From the human T2T-CHM13v2.0 reference genome, Homo sapiens, in NCBI RefSeq assembly GCF_009914755.1, contig NC_060932.1: DNA of 64,000 nucleotides, one strand, 5' to 3'. Below, piece after piece: positions 1-13,696 of this stretch (position 1 is its first letter; each line of letters starts with the position of its first letter). The notes under the pieces are model-generated. The model saw only the letters and a program-made list of their open reading frames with translations, had not been told where the DNA came from and did no database searches. The position numbers were made by a program, and so were the translations under genes.

Positions 1-1093
1 AGTGAGATAAAATATTTGCGAACTATTCATCCAACAAAGCACTAATATCCAGAATATACAAGGAACCCAAACAACTCAACAGTATAAAAACAAATAATCC
101 CAGTGAAAAGTGGGCAAATGACAAGTGTAGACATTTCTCAAAAGAAGACATACAAATGGCCAACCGGTATATGAAAAAAATGCTCAACATCACTAAGCAT
201 CAGAGAAATGCAATGAAAACCACAAGATATCATCTTACCGCAGTTAGAATGGCTATTATTAAAAAGACAAAAAAAAAAGATGCTAACAAAGATGCAGAGA
301 AAATAACCTCTTATATACTGTTGGTGGGAATGTAAATCAGTACAGCCACTAAGCAAAACAGTATGAAGATTACTCAAGAACTTTTTTAGAACTACCATAC
401 AATCCTGCAGTCTCACTACTGAGTATTTATCCAAAGTAAAAGAAATCTGTATATTAAAGGGATACTTGTACTCACATGTCTATTGCAGCGCTGTTCACAA
501 TAGCCAAGATATGGAATCAACCCAAGTATTCATCAATTGGCATATGGATAAAGAAAATGTGGTATATATACACATGATGGAGTACTATTTGGCCATAAAA
601 AAGAATGAAACCTTGTCATTTGCAGAAACATGGATGGAACTAGAGGTCATTAAGTTAAGTGAAATAAGCCAGGCACAGGAAGACAAATATGGCGTGCTCT
701 CACTCACAGTGGGGGGCTAAAAAAAAGTTGAACTCATGGAGGTAGAGAATAGAATGATAGTTACCATAGACTGGGATGGATGGGTGTGCATTGGGAGGTG
801 CAGGGGTATGAGGAGAGGTTGGTTAATGGGTGCAAAAAATACAGTTAGATAGAAGAAATAAGTAAGTTACAGTGTTCAATAGAAGAGTAGGGTTACTATA
901 ATTAACAACGTGTTGTATATTTCACAATAGCTAGAAGAGAGGTTTAAAATGCTCCCAGCACACAGAAATGATCAATGGTCGAGGTGAAAGATATCCTAAA
1001 CACTCTGACTTGATCATTACATATTCTATGCATGTAACAAAATGTCACATGGACCCTATAAATATGTATAAATACTATGTATCAATAAAAATA
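1..1093 (+). mobile_element. LINE-1 3' end (L1MA-like): decayed ORF2 C-terminus plus 3' UTR
   Basis: ORF 466-720 contains L1 ORF2 C-terminal motifs (MEYYLAIKKNE, FAETWMELEVIKLSEISQ); L1MA-type 3' UTR ends in AATAAA-A-rich tail near 1084-1093. Confidence 0.9.
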
Positions 1094-2058
1094 ATTTAAA
1101 TATTTGAACAGCAATACAAAAGAAATATCTTATTTTTACATTTGGAAGTTTAAAACTTTATTTTCTTTCCATATCCCTAGAACTAGTCCTAAGCTCTAGG
1201 CAATTCGGACCAATCTAAAAGAAACTATTGTGTGTTAAACATGACTGAATGTTGAGTGATGGTTGAAGAGGCCAGGTGTCAGATTTGTGTTTGGCACAAG
1301 CCTCAAAGGAGGTATTTAGCTCACTTTGTATCTTCATAGTACAGAGTTTTGGCTGTTTCCAAGTAGTATATAGTTTTTGGATAAATGGTGTTGAATGTAG
1401 GCAGTTGTTTACAATGCTATGTCTACATCATGTGAAATCTCCAGATATCTGTAAGCAAACAGCAATCTAAGGGAAATTTTCTGCTTTTTCCTGGATATTT
1501 GACATCATGTAGTCTAAATCTGGCAGTCTCCTAAATACATGTCTTCTTTCAGAATTCTATATTCCATGTTTTTCTCATATTACAACAGCAGCTAAGACAT
1601 GTCAGTCACTCTCCTTGTTCTTGGAGCTATAGTAGCTCTTGCAAGTGAGGTTGATTTTGATGTATGATAAGATTTCTAGACATTTCAAGGGGATAGTATA
1701 ATAGCTAACATGATTCAAATTATAGTTTCATCCTATCATGGGAACTATATATTTTTAAATAGAAAAAGTATAAAGAATATTATTCACCATAGTTTGTAAA
1801 TAAAATCTGTATGGATAGATGTATTGTTTCCCATAAGAGTTATGGTCACATTAGTAAATGGAGTGATTCTAGTTCTATAAAGCTGTAGTGAATTATTGTA
1901 ATTTTGTGCTGCCTTAGCAAGCATTTTGAATATAAGTTGGACTTCCTCATACAAAAAGCAAGGCTTAGTTGCCCTTAACATAATAATAGTTTCCAGCTCT
2001 CCATATCCTCCCATTTCCTCAAGGTTGTTGATGTAGATATCTGCCCTATACAACTGCC

Positions 2059-2455
2059 TGTAATGTGACAGGTCCCCCACCTTGATTACTTAAGGGTGGA
2101 TGTCCGCTGCTTACTCGCTGAAGGCCAAGCAGTGAACCAAGGCCAGGGTGTCCAGTTGAGGTTCAGGTGCCCCTGAGAACCCAAACATCCCCGGGCATAG
2201 GTAGGAACATTCCAAGGAAAACAGTCTCATCACACATAGGCAGTAGCCAAAGAGCCAGATCATTAGCTTGAAAGTAGCTTGGAGATGGATGGTGACATGG
2301 ATTTCTAAAAATGTCCTGCTGCCACTCAGGAGTGCACTGTATGTAAGTCCTAATCAATTCATCTACTCGCCAAGCTGGACTTACTCAAATCATTCTTTTT
2401 GTCTCTTGGCTCCTTCCCAGTTTGGGAAGGGACATTACAGATTTTTCTCATAACA
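2059..2455 (+). mobile_element. 5' LTR of provirus
   Basis: TGTAATGTGACAGGTCCCCC...TTCTCATAACA; aligns along its length with 7938-8337 (roughly 75-80% identical by eye). Confidence 0.92.
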
Positions 2456-2457
2456 AC

Positions 2458-2477
2458 TGGTGTCACTAACCTAGGAT
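2458..2477 (+). promoter_or_regulatory. Primer-binding site, best match tRNA-Ser(CGA)
   Basis: TGGTGTCACTAACCTAGGAT vs tRNA-Ser(CGA) complement TGGCGTCACGAACAGGAT (two substitutions at CpGs plus a 2-nt insertion); starts 2 nt after the LTR end. Confidence 0.65.
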
Positions 2478-3248
2478 CTAAGAGACCAAATGATGAATCA
2501 GGAAGGAGCATCTGTTGGGGGAATCACAGGGTAGTCAGAGGCATAAATGTGGAGTGGAGTTACCCCACTGCTCAACCTTTGTGGGCCACTGTGTGGGGAC
2601 AGGGATGCTCAGACAACACCACTGGGGACTGAGTACCTATTACAAAAAACTAAGATGTTAAAGTATGATATGGACAGCAAATATGCCATGTGGTAAGGTC
2701 GGCTACTGAGAAATTGTTAGAGCAGGAAAGGAAAGAAGGGTAGAATTTCCTGTGGCTTACACATTTAAAAAGATGAAAAAGTTCAAAGCCACAACAGATT
2801 TTCTAGGACTCCAGCTGGATGCAGGCCCATCCTTGCACACAGTTTTTAACTGATGGGCAAATTACAGCAAGAAAAAAATTCAAAGCTCAAATGATTAACC
2901 TGCAACTATACAGTTAAGTAGAGTCTTCTAGATTTCTCTATTTCTCTCTTTTCTTTTTTGCCTGCTTTGAATCTACCGTTATTAAGCTACTTGTGTTGAG
3001 ATAAAACTCATTGTTTATGGTTTTGCTAATTCAAGGCTACATGGACATTTTATTTTTCTTATTAAATTCAGCCAGTTCCAGCTAAAATGTAAACATTGGA
3101 AACTCCTATGAAACTGCAGAAGAAAAGGTAAAAGAGCTTTTAAAAAATCAGACTGCTATGGAAACTGCTTTACTCCAAATTTTTTTTCTTTCCTTGGATT
3201 ATTTACAGGGGGAAACAAAGTTTAGCCATGTGACAGGTTGTAATTTAG

Positions 3249-3565
<317 letters not shown>

Positions 3566-3916
3566 GATCGAGCTATCTTTTAAGCTAATGAATTTATGCT
3601 GCTGTCTCATGACTAGAGTTTTGAAACTATTAGATCTTTTGTGCATGTATACATATTTAAATGTATTTATGTGTATGTACCTGTATTATGTTATGCATTG
3701 TGTCTATCATGCTACTAAATTGTCTTATAAGTAAGTGATTAGTCATACATTAAGTTCAAATGCTTTTCAAGTTCACATGAATTTAGTAAACTTTAATAAA
3801 TAAGCTGGCTTTAAAATTACTGGTAAACTAAAACTAAAAATTGTCTTCAGAATTGCCAGCATACATTTTTGTCTGAGCTTACTGATTAGGTAACTCTAAT
3901 ATTTGCTCTGTTGGAT

Positions 3917-4219
3917 TTTTTTTTTTTTTTTTTTTTGAGACAGGTTCTCACTCTGTCACCCAGCCTGCAATGCAGTGGCACAATATAGCTCACCTCAGTC
4001 TTGACCTCCTGGGCTCAAGTAATCCTCCCACCTCAGCCTCCCAAGTATCTGGGACTACAGGTGCACGTCACCATGCCCAGCTAATTTTTTAAAATTTTTA
4101 TTAAAGATGAGGTCTTGCTATGCTGCCCAGGCTGGTCTCAAACTCCTGATCTCAAGCAATCCTCCTGCCTCAGCCTCCCACAGTGCTGGGATTACTGGCA
4201 TGAGCCGCCATGTTTGGCT
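3917..4219 (-). mobile_element. Alu (AluJ-type)
   Basis: AluJ-like diagnostics (CTCCTGGGCTCAAG..ATCCTCCCACCTCAGCC). Confidence 0.93.
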
Positions 4220-4659
4220 GCTTCCGCTAGATATTTTAAGGTGTCAGGGTTTGATAAGAAGGTTTTAAGACTATAAACCTAGCCAAAAACATATTGATTT
4301 TTGTTTATGTAGGTTTTTTTTTACAAATATGATTAATTTAATATGAACAGCTAAATTTTCTGAGTTATTGGCAAAAATGCCCATGTATCCAACTTTAATG
4401 TTCTTTCTTCAGTAAACACCTGATAGTCACAGGCTATAAAATTGGTTAACAGGAAAATAACTTAGAATCATGATTAGCTTCTATAATGTCTCAGTTCTCA
4501 CGGGAATCTAGGTGAACTGCTAAAAATAAAAGAATTGGGTAAATGTAAATAAGAGAAATGCTTGTAGGCAAGCTTTTTGTGTAATTTAAAATCAAAATTA
4601 TTTTAGGTACTCATTGAATGTTTGGGTCATTTCCAATTAAAAAGGGTTATAATATGGGG

Positions 4660-7009
4660 CATTGGTTACACTTTTGAGCTTGTTCATGAAATCTATCACG
4701 GGGAAAAGTATTAGCAGACTTCACTGAGCTGAATAAAAGTAAGGACTGAGTCTAGAAAATATTCAAAAAATAAAAACGGGATGGGCCAAATGGGTGCCTG
4801 TATACTTGTCCTGGCCCAGGCGGGCAATGAACATGAAACAATACTGCCAGGGAAACACTGAAGTCATCCAAACAATCCAGAAATTACATAAGACACAAGC
4901 AGTCAGGCTGGCCCAGTGCTCTTACACCAGCCCCGTGTGGCCTGTGAAAAAGCCAGGTGGCACCTGGTGAATGACGGTAGACTACTGTGAGCTAAAAAAG
5001 TGGTGCCCTCTATACATGCAACTATGCCCAGTGTTGCTCAGCTGCTACAGCAGGTGGTCCTTAGGCTGGGAAATGTCCATGCTGTGATTGAATTGACTAA
5101 TGCCTTTTTCAGTATTCCTTTAGCAAAAGATTCACAGGACCAGTCTGCCTTCACTTGGGGGGCCAACGATGGGCTTTCCATGTGTTACCATAAGGGTACC
5201 TGCACAGGCCCACCATCTGTCATGGTATGATTGCATAGGACTTCTCTAGACTCTCTTTGCCTGCCTTGATCTCCCTTTTTACTATGTCGATGTTATCATC
5301 CTAACCTCAGAATCTCTTGCTGCTCTGGAGGCTTCCCTGCAGACTGTCTTTGGCCAGCCTAGAAGACAGGGGATGGAAAGTCAACTCCAAAAAGTTTTAG
5401 GGATCTGGCAAGGCCATCAAAGTCCTGAGAGTTACCTGGTTGAGTAAGATGTAAAACACACCCAGAGCTATCATTGATAAGATAGCACAGCAGCCTATTT
5501 CCTAGACGATAAAATAACTTCAGGTTTTTCTAGGTTTGCTGGGATACTGAACAATATTCATTTCTCATTTGGCACAAACCCTCCACTCATTACACACCCT
5601 ATTATAAAAAGCTGAAAAGTGGGACTGGACACACATAGAGCAAGAGGCTTTTGCCAAAGTAAAACTATTGGGAAAGCAAACCCAAGCACTAGGTTCCCCA
5701 CTGCCACAGCACCCTCTTGTATTAGAAGTCACTGGAGATGCCACAGGGATGAATTGGGGTTTGTGGCAAAAGCAACCAATGGAAATGGTAGCTGTAGGGC
5801 TTGGATCTCAATTATGGAAAGGAGCAGAATCTTGCTATACAGTTTTAGAGCAACAGCTATTGGCCATACATAGACCATTGCAACAAGCGGAGGCCATCAC
5901 CAGAAAGCAGACCATCACAGTAAAAACTGCCACTCATTCAAGAGTGGGTGAAAGGCATTCTAGCTAAGCCTACCTCCAGGGTGACACAGTCGCACCTATC
6001 TATAATAAAGGGGTGCCGTGTCAGGCCTGTAAGTCCTTTAAGTCAGGCACTGCAGGAGGTGCTTGGACCCATCCACTTTAAACAAGTAGAGGGGACTGGC
6101 ATAGCAATGGAACCACCTACCAGGCCAACCACTGTGTCCGAAGGGACCTGCTGAGACCCTCTAGGGCCCGGTACACTGATGGGTCTAGCAAAGGCACCAA
6201 CACCAATGGTCAACAGTTGTGATGCAAATGGAGACTGACACCATATGGATAAAATGGGCATCAGAACAAAACTTAGACCAGAGGTCCACTTACCATATAA
6301 CCCAACAGGCACAGGCATCACTACAAAAAAGAATGGCTTGCTGAAAACCCAATTACATGCACTGTCCCAATTCCATGCATTGTTTTTAACCCAAGTACAT
6401 ACTTAAATCCCTGGACTAAGAATCTCCCTGAAGTCACACAAAGGTTAGATGAGTCACCCACTACCACACATGGCATCATATCCTGTGACTGGTTGGCACG
6501 GACTGTGAAACAGACCTCATAAACTCTCAGGGTTACCTCTGAGTCACTGAGTCATGCTCCTGAAGCAGGTGGTCAGACCATGCTCCTGAGAGCACCAATG
6601 GATCTGCTAAACATAAATGGCTATGTAGATCTGAAGTTGAGCTGGACAGTGCCTCCAAACTGGATCAGTTTTATGGCACTGGAGGGTGCCATGAAGACTG
6701 CTGGAGGGGAGGTGGTCACAGCTGTGCTCCTTGATGGATATCTGAGAGCCTTATGATACCAACACGCAGCAGCACCAATATCTGCTGGAGTGCTCACAGG
6801 GCAGGCAGTATAGGCAAGGCTGGAAACTTACCAATTGGCTAGTATGCTTGCTCCTAAAAGGGAAGCCATGTGTGGTACGGTAAGCCAGGCCTGAAGCCCA
6901 TTGTGACCTCTCTAATAAGGCCCATGAAAAAAATATAGTGGTAATAATGTTACAAGAAGTGGATACACCCATAAGGGTCCCTATTAAATACCTGTGTTCA
7001 CTTCCATAG
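4660..7009 (+). pseudogene. pol: Decayed retroviral pol (RT, RNase H, integrase fragments)
   Basis: SPVWPVKKPGGTW*MTVDY (4929), NAFFSIPL, YYVDVI (degenerate YxDD, ~5280), LQVFLGLLGY (~5518), YTDGSSKG (6172), HLPYNPTGTG..KNGLLK (6287); many stops and frameshifts. Confidence 0.9.
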
Positions 7010-7850
<841 letters not shown>

Positions 7851-7937
7851 ATATAATTCTTTCCCTCATACCCCACTCAGAGACTGTGGTCCAAGATTGG
7901 CAGAAAAAAAATGTGAGAGTTGAGGGACAGGGTGGAT

Positions 7938-8337
7938 TGTAGTGTGATGGGTCCCCCATCAGGTTACTTAAGGGTGCATGTCTGCTGCCTGAACCTGAAG
8001 GCCGGGCAGTGAGTCAAGGTCATGGTGTGCAGCTGAGGAGCAGGTGTCTCTGAGAACCCAAATATCCCAGGGCATAGCTGCGAACATACCAGGGAAAACA
8101 GTCTCATCACACACACAGAAGGCAAAGAGCCAGAAAATTAGCTGAAAAGCAGCTTAGAACTGGGTGGTGGTGCAGATCTCTAGAGCTCTCCTGCCACTGC
8201 CCAGGAGTGTCCTGTATGTCAGTACTAATAAACTCATCTACTTATCAAGCTGGACTTGTGAGAGTCATTCTCTGATTATCTTGACTCCTTCCCAGTTTAG
8301 GGAAGGGACATTACAATCCCAGGTTTTTCTTATAACA
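7938..8337 (+). mobile_element. 3' LTR of provirus
   Basis: TGTAGTGTGATGGGTCCCCC...TTCTTATAACA; preceded by PPT-like GAGGGACAGGGTGGA; contains AATAAA at ~8227. Confidence 0.92.
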
Positions 8338-9125
8338 TTGCCTCCTGGTGACCACCTCACTATGAGACAGCTGGATCCAGCCTACTTGACTGGCACCACT
8401 GACCCCCTGGACTATGCAGTTATGCCATAGTGACCAAGTCACAGCCACAGCATGACTCCCTGGAACTGCGTCTGCTTACTTTAAACTCACCAAGTAGAAC
8501 TCCCTGGGGGAAATCTGCCTGGGTAATGCCCTGGATCCCAGTAAAGGCTTCAGCCCACAGGTCCCTCACACGCACTCTCTCTTTGTCTCTCTTTCTCTTG
8601 TTCTCCACCCACAATCTGAGTGTACAAGTCCCAGACAGCTTTCTTCTTCCTGTTGGCCCTGTGAGGTGTGCTGCCTTCTTCTCTGGGAGAAGTAATAAAA
8701 ACTACTTCTGTTACCTGTGTGTTCTTGCAAAAGATAATAAAATAATAAGAGTGTGAAAAACCCTACCTCTGTTATTTCACGTGTTTTCTTATGCTGTCTC
8801 CTCTGTCTCCCCTGATCGGCACACTTGACCCAACTCTCCTCCTGGTCAGGGCTCTCCTGGAGAGTGGCTATCTTGGTAGGAATAAACTGGACAGAGGTCA
8901 TCTAAGAGCCAACAGGGCGTCTACTGGAATAAACATGTTTCCTGTGAGGGGGACCCTGGTCACAGTTTGGACACATAGGCAGGGGGCATCCTTCTGGATG
9001 AGGCAGCATCCTGAGAAAGGCACATTGTCCACAACCAGGCCTGCTTCCCCTGGTCCCATCGGGGCAGGGCGAGGGTTGCCACTCTCTTCGGAGAAATCTC
9101 AAGACAAAACTGGAGGTAAATACTA
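8338..9125 (+). mobile_element. MER54/MER74-like ERVL solo LTR (first ~30 bp at ~2026-2058)
   Basis: Recalled family motif CAGGGCTCTCCTGGAGAGTGGCTATCTTGGTAGGAATAAACTGGACA; sequence reads continuously across the provirus (ACAACTGCC|TCCTGGTGACC). Confidence 0.7.
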
Positions 9126-9171
9126 GGGCCTTGGATAAAATTAGTTTAGCCAATTTTAAAGATATTGGCAT

Positions 9172-9630
<459 letters not shown>

Positions 9631-12390
9631 GATATTGGCATTTTCTTATTGTGAGGTGAGCAGAGAAAAATCTGTGTTGCCACCATTTATTGTTACATTT
9701 TTTTTTTGTACAAAGAAGTATTTAAAGTTGCTAGAAAAGTAATAAAAAATAATAAAAATTGTCTACATGGTATAAATCCCCTTGGGCATTAAATTCTTGT
9801 AGATATTACTGGTATGCTGAGTACCCTCAATGTGTGAAGTAAAAACATAAAAAGTGTTTTATCCAAACCTGTCTCTCAAATAAGAGAAATTAGATCACAT
9901 TTCCCACTGGGGAGAAGCATCCTGAATGCCACCCTGGCTGTACTCCATACCTTAGCCTCCAGGGTCAGATATCAGAACACGCATTCCAGTATGTAAAGTT
10001 CACACCCTGTTTTTTGGTTTTGATTTTTTATTTTTAAACTTCAAAGCAATTTTTCTTTCCTCCTCCAGGGCAGACCAGAACAGTGGGTGATTTTCCTCCT
10101 GCCATTTTCTTGGGACAGTGAAAAGTGGAGAAGAGAATGTTTAAATTGTTGCCTGCTGGGGACACATCGCACTCCTCAATTTGGGTGGTGCCAACCGCTG
10201 TTGGAATTAGTTATCTGTGAGTACAGTAAGGTTGTATGATGTTCCGATGTCTCATGGTAAGGAATTATTCTCTGTAATTCTCTTGGGCTTTGCAGCCCTT
10301 GAACAGCTTTGTTCTTCTCTTCTGGGGTCATCATGCCGAGTTCTCTGGTGTATAAGGTGGTCCAGGGAAGTCTGTAGCTGCAGTGTCTACTTTTTAGAGG
10401 CCAAAACCTTAAGCCATCAGACACTGGGGGATCTTCCATGTCTCCTAAGGGGGCTGGCTGGCATTTCTTTACCACATTGTCTCTCTTTACGTTTCTTTTC
10501 CACTGCTACAGTACCCAGGAAAACTTCTCCAAGTCTATGGTAAGCAGACATCCACCCAGAGTCAAAATGCTGGTCTCCTCTTCTAGCGTAGGCCTCCAGT
10601 CTTCACAAGGGACTCCCTGAGGTCCTCCTCCCTGGCCAAAGGGAGGGAAGGTCCCCTTCAGGGAAGAGTAAGAACAGCTTCTTCAGCCACCTCTGCTCCC
10701 TGGGTCTGGTCTCTTTTTCTGTTGCTGAGGATAGCAGGAGGGGATTCTGGGAGAGGGTAGTTGGTGATGGGACCCATTCTCTTACCATTTCAGTGAGAAA
10801 AGTGAGACAGGGCTGGCCTAGGCAACGATCTGAACTTAGAATGTGAGACCTTAACAGCAATTCCAGAGCGATGGCAACACACATTCTTATTAAACGAGTT
10901 AGCTTTATAGTGATGGCTTGTTTCATATCTGGGTTGCTAGAGCCTCCAGGTAACACAATAGAAGGAATGTGCTTAGACGGCCCAGAGCATCAGTCCACAC
11001 TTTCAGTTAGAAAGCAATGAATGTATGTGAACCAGGTTGTTACATCAACTCCTGTCTAGGGCAAGGTGGTGCGTAAATGAGCCCTTGTATATCAACATTT
11101 TATTTTCATTCTGTACTCTTACATTGATGGAAAAGTGAAAAGTTATTATGATTAATAGTAGCTGGATTCTTCCCTGTCAGTGCTAAGTGATGATATAGAA
11201 ACCAAGGTGCAAATAAACGCAAATACTCCTACAGATAAGTATGATCATGTTCCTGACCTTTTAACGTTGTTTATGCCGTATGCACATTCTAAAATTATCA
11301 TTTCCTCTTTTATTTGCAGAGCTGAAATTTTGTCTTTCAAAGGACTAGTGCATCACTCTGCTGCAAAGCTTGGAAAAGCTCTGATAGCCTCAAGTCTCTG
11401 CTCTGCTTTTGTGGTGGAGCCTTGGACAGACGTGGAATTAAGGTTGTTGGAATCAGAATTGCTATTCCTCCACTGCATAGGGACAGGTTACAAAGTTTTA
11501 GTTGTCAAAAATAATTTGTCCAATGAGAAAGTACTTTCCTCTATCCTAACCTCTTAATTCATTGTCTATCTCTGCCAGATATGTGTGTGAGTTAACCCAG
11601 ATGGAAAATGAAACTTTGTGAATAAGTGATTCATTTTTAAAAACCACTTTTCTTAACATATGTAAAACCAAATTGTTTGAAAGTAACTTTTGCTTATTGG
11701 AAAGTCTAGTATCTTAAAATCTCAGGCTTCTTAAAAAAATGAACCTTTCATTTTAAAGTAGATTTACAGAAAATCTCCAGAAAAGAAAAGTGAAGACAGT
11801 ACAGAAAGCTCTCATATACTCCACATCCAGTTTCCCCTGTTATTAACATCTTACATGAGTATGGTGCATTTGTTACACTTAATTAACCAATATTGAGACA
11901 TTCTTCCTAGCTGAAGTGCATGTGTTCATCATTCAGATTTCTCTAGTTTTTGGCTAATGATGCTTTTCTCTTCCAGGATCCCGTCCAGGATCCCACATTC
12001 CATGTAGTCACTGCCTCCTTAGGCTCCTCCTGGCTGTGACAGTTTCTCAGATTTCCCTTGTTTCTAATGATTGTGGCAGTTTTGAAGAGCACCGGTCAGG
12101 TATTTTGTAGAATGTCCCTTGTTTGGGATTTTGCAAATGTTTTCTTTTGGTTAGACTGGGGTTATGTGTTTTGGGGAGGAAGATCACAGAGGGGAAGTGA
12201 CACTTTTATCAAATCATACCAAGGGTGCATATCAACATGACTTGTTAGTGTCAATGCTGACCTTGATCCATTGGCTGATGTAGTATGGGTCAGGCTTTTC
12301 CACAGTAAAGTTGCTGTCTTTATTCCCCTTTTCATTGTTGTATTCTTTGGAAGTCACTATGTACAGCCAACCTTTAAAGGGTGGGGAGTT

Positions 12391-12565
12391 GGCTGGGCAA
12401 GGTGGCTCATGCCTGTAGTCTTAGCATTTTGGGAGGCCAAAGCAGATGGATCGCTTGAGCCCATGGAGGTTGAGGTTGCAGTGAGCCAAGATTGTGCCAT
12501 TGTACTCCAGCCTGGGTAACAGAGTGAGACCCTGTCTCAACAAAAATTAAAAAATAAAAATAAAG
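12391..12565 (+). mobile_element. Alu monomer (FRAM-like)
   Basis: Single-arm Alu with A tail; flanked by TAAAG(G/A)GTGG(G/A)GAG. Confidence 0.85.
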
Positions 12566-12819
12566 AGTGGAGAGCTCTAGTTCACCTTACTGAGGGCAGA
12601 GTATCTACATAAATTATACAGACTCTTCTGCACAGGAGGTTTTCTAGTCTTCTCCACTTTTAAATTCATTCAGTCATTTATTTATATGATTCATGCATAT
12701 TTCTTTTTTATTTTGGGTTACCATCCAATGCCACCTTGTTTGGGTTTTTTAAATTGTTCCAGCTTTGGCCATTGATGAGCACAGTTGGATCTTGTGTCAT
12801 TTTGACAAACTCCCACTGC

Positions 12820-12821
<2 letters not shown>

Positions 12822-12861
<40 letters not shown>
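12822..12861. repeat. (TG)20 microsatellite
   Basis: Read directly. Confidence 0.97.
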
Positions 12862-12863
<2 letters not shown>

Positions 12864-12950
12864 GCACTTTCTGGCATTACAAGGTAATCCTGCCTTTTTT
12901 TTTTTTTGGATAATCCTTTTTTATCTTTTTTAAAAAAAGTTCTGTCCTAT

Positions 12951-13325
12951 TGATATAATTTGGATGTTTGTTGCCTCCAAATCTCATGCTGAAATGTGAT
13001 TGCCAATGTTGAAATGGGGCGTGGTGGGAGGTGACTGGAACATGGGGGTGGATCCCTCATGAATGGCTTAGTGCCACCTTCTTGGTGATGAGTGAGCTTA
13101 CATTAGATCTGGTTGTTTAAAAGAGCCTGGCACCTCCCTGCATTACTCTTACCATGTGACATGCTGGCTCCCTGTCAACTTCTGCCATGATTGTAAGCCT
13201 CACTGGAAGCAGCTATCAGCACCATGCTTCCTATAAAGCTGAAGAACAGTGAGCCAATTCAACCTCTTTGTATACTATGCAGCCTCAGGTATGTCTTTAT
13301 AGCAATGCAAGAATGACCTAATACA
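12951..13325 (+). mobile_element. MaLR solo LTR (MSTB-like)
   Basis: TGATATAATTTGGATGTTTG...CCTAATACA; 5-bp TSD CCTAT / CCTGT. Confidence 0.88.
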
Positions 13326-13405
13326 CCTGTCTTGAGTATTTCCTGCCTCAGCCCTAGAATCAGCCATTTCTCCAACAAGCTCTGGTTCCTTTTATTGGTG
13401 AACAG

Positions 13406-13562
13406 TGTGAGTCCAAAAGTATCTGAGACACGTCTCAATCAATTTAGAAAGTTTATTTTGCCAAAGTTAAGGATGCACCAGTGACACAGCCTCAGGAGGT
13501 CCTGATAACATATGCCCCAAGTGGTCAGGGTACAGCTTGCTTTTATACATTTTAGGGAGACA
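13406..13562 (-). mobile_element. MER4A-like ERV1 LTR fragment
   Basis: GTATCTGAGACA.GTCTCAATCAATTTAGAAAGTTTATTTTGCCAA matches the antisense MER4A 3' end as recalled. Confidence 0.7.
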
Positions 13563-13581
13563 GGAATTTCAAGAAGCCAAA

Positions 13582-13696
13582 GAGGAGTCTTGCTGTGTTG
13601 CCCAGGCTGGTCCTGAACTCCTGGCCTCAACCCATTCTCCTACCTCAGCTCCTGAGTAGCTGGGATCACAGTAGGAACTGCCTATCAAGCCCCGCT
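13582..13696 (-). mobile_element. Alu monomer fragment
   Basis: GTCTTGCTGTGTTGCCCAGGCTGGTCCTGAACTCCTGG. Confidence 0.75.

Larger units (their letters stand above)
11745..13405 (-). mobile_element. Old L1 (L1MC/L1MD-type) 3' region, interrupted by Alu monomer, (TG)n and MST
   Basis: Antisense L1M 3' UTR motifs (AGATTTACAGAAAA...GACAGTACAGA...GTTTCCCCTGTTATTAACATCTTACAT). Confidence 0.75.

Noticed and set aside
11187-11256. GTGATGA ... CTGA resembling a C/D-box snoRNA
   Set aside because: No terminal stem and no guide sequence I can match to rRNA or snRNA
10176-11557. Cluster of 60-125 aa ORFs in unique sequence
   Set aside because: Overlapping on both strands, several with non-ATG starts, no recognisable domain, no poly(A)/TSD of a processed pseudogene
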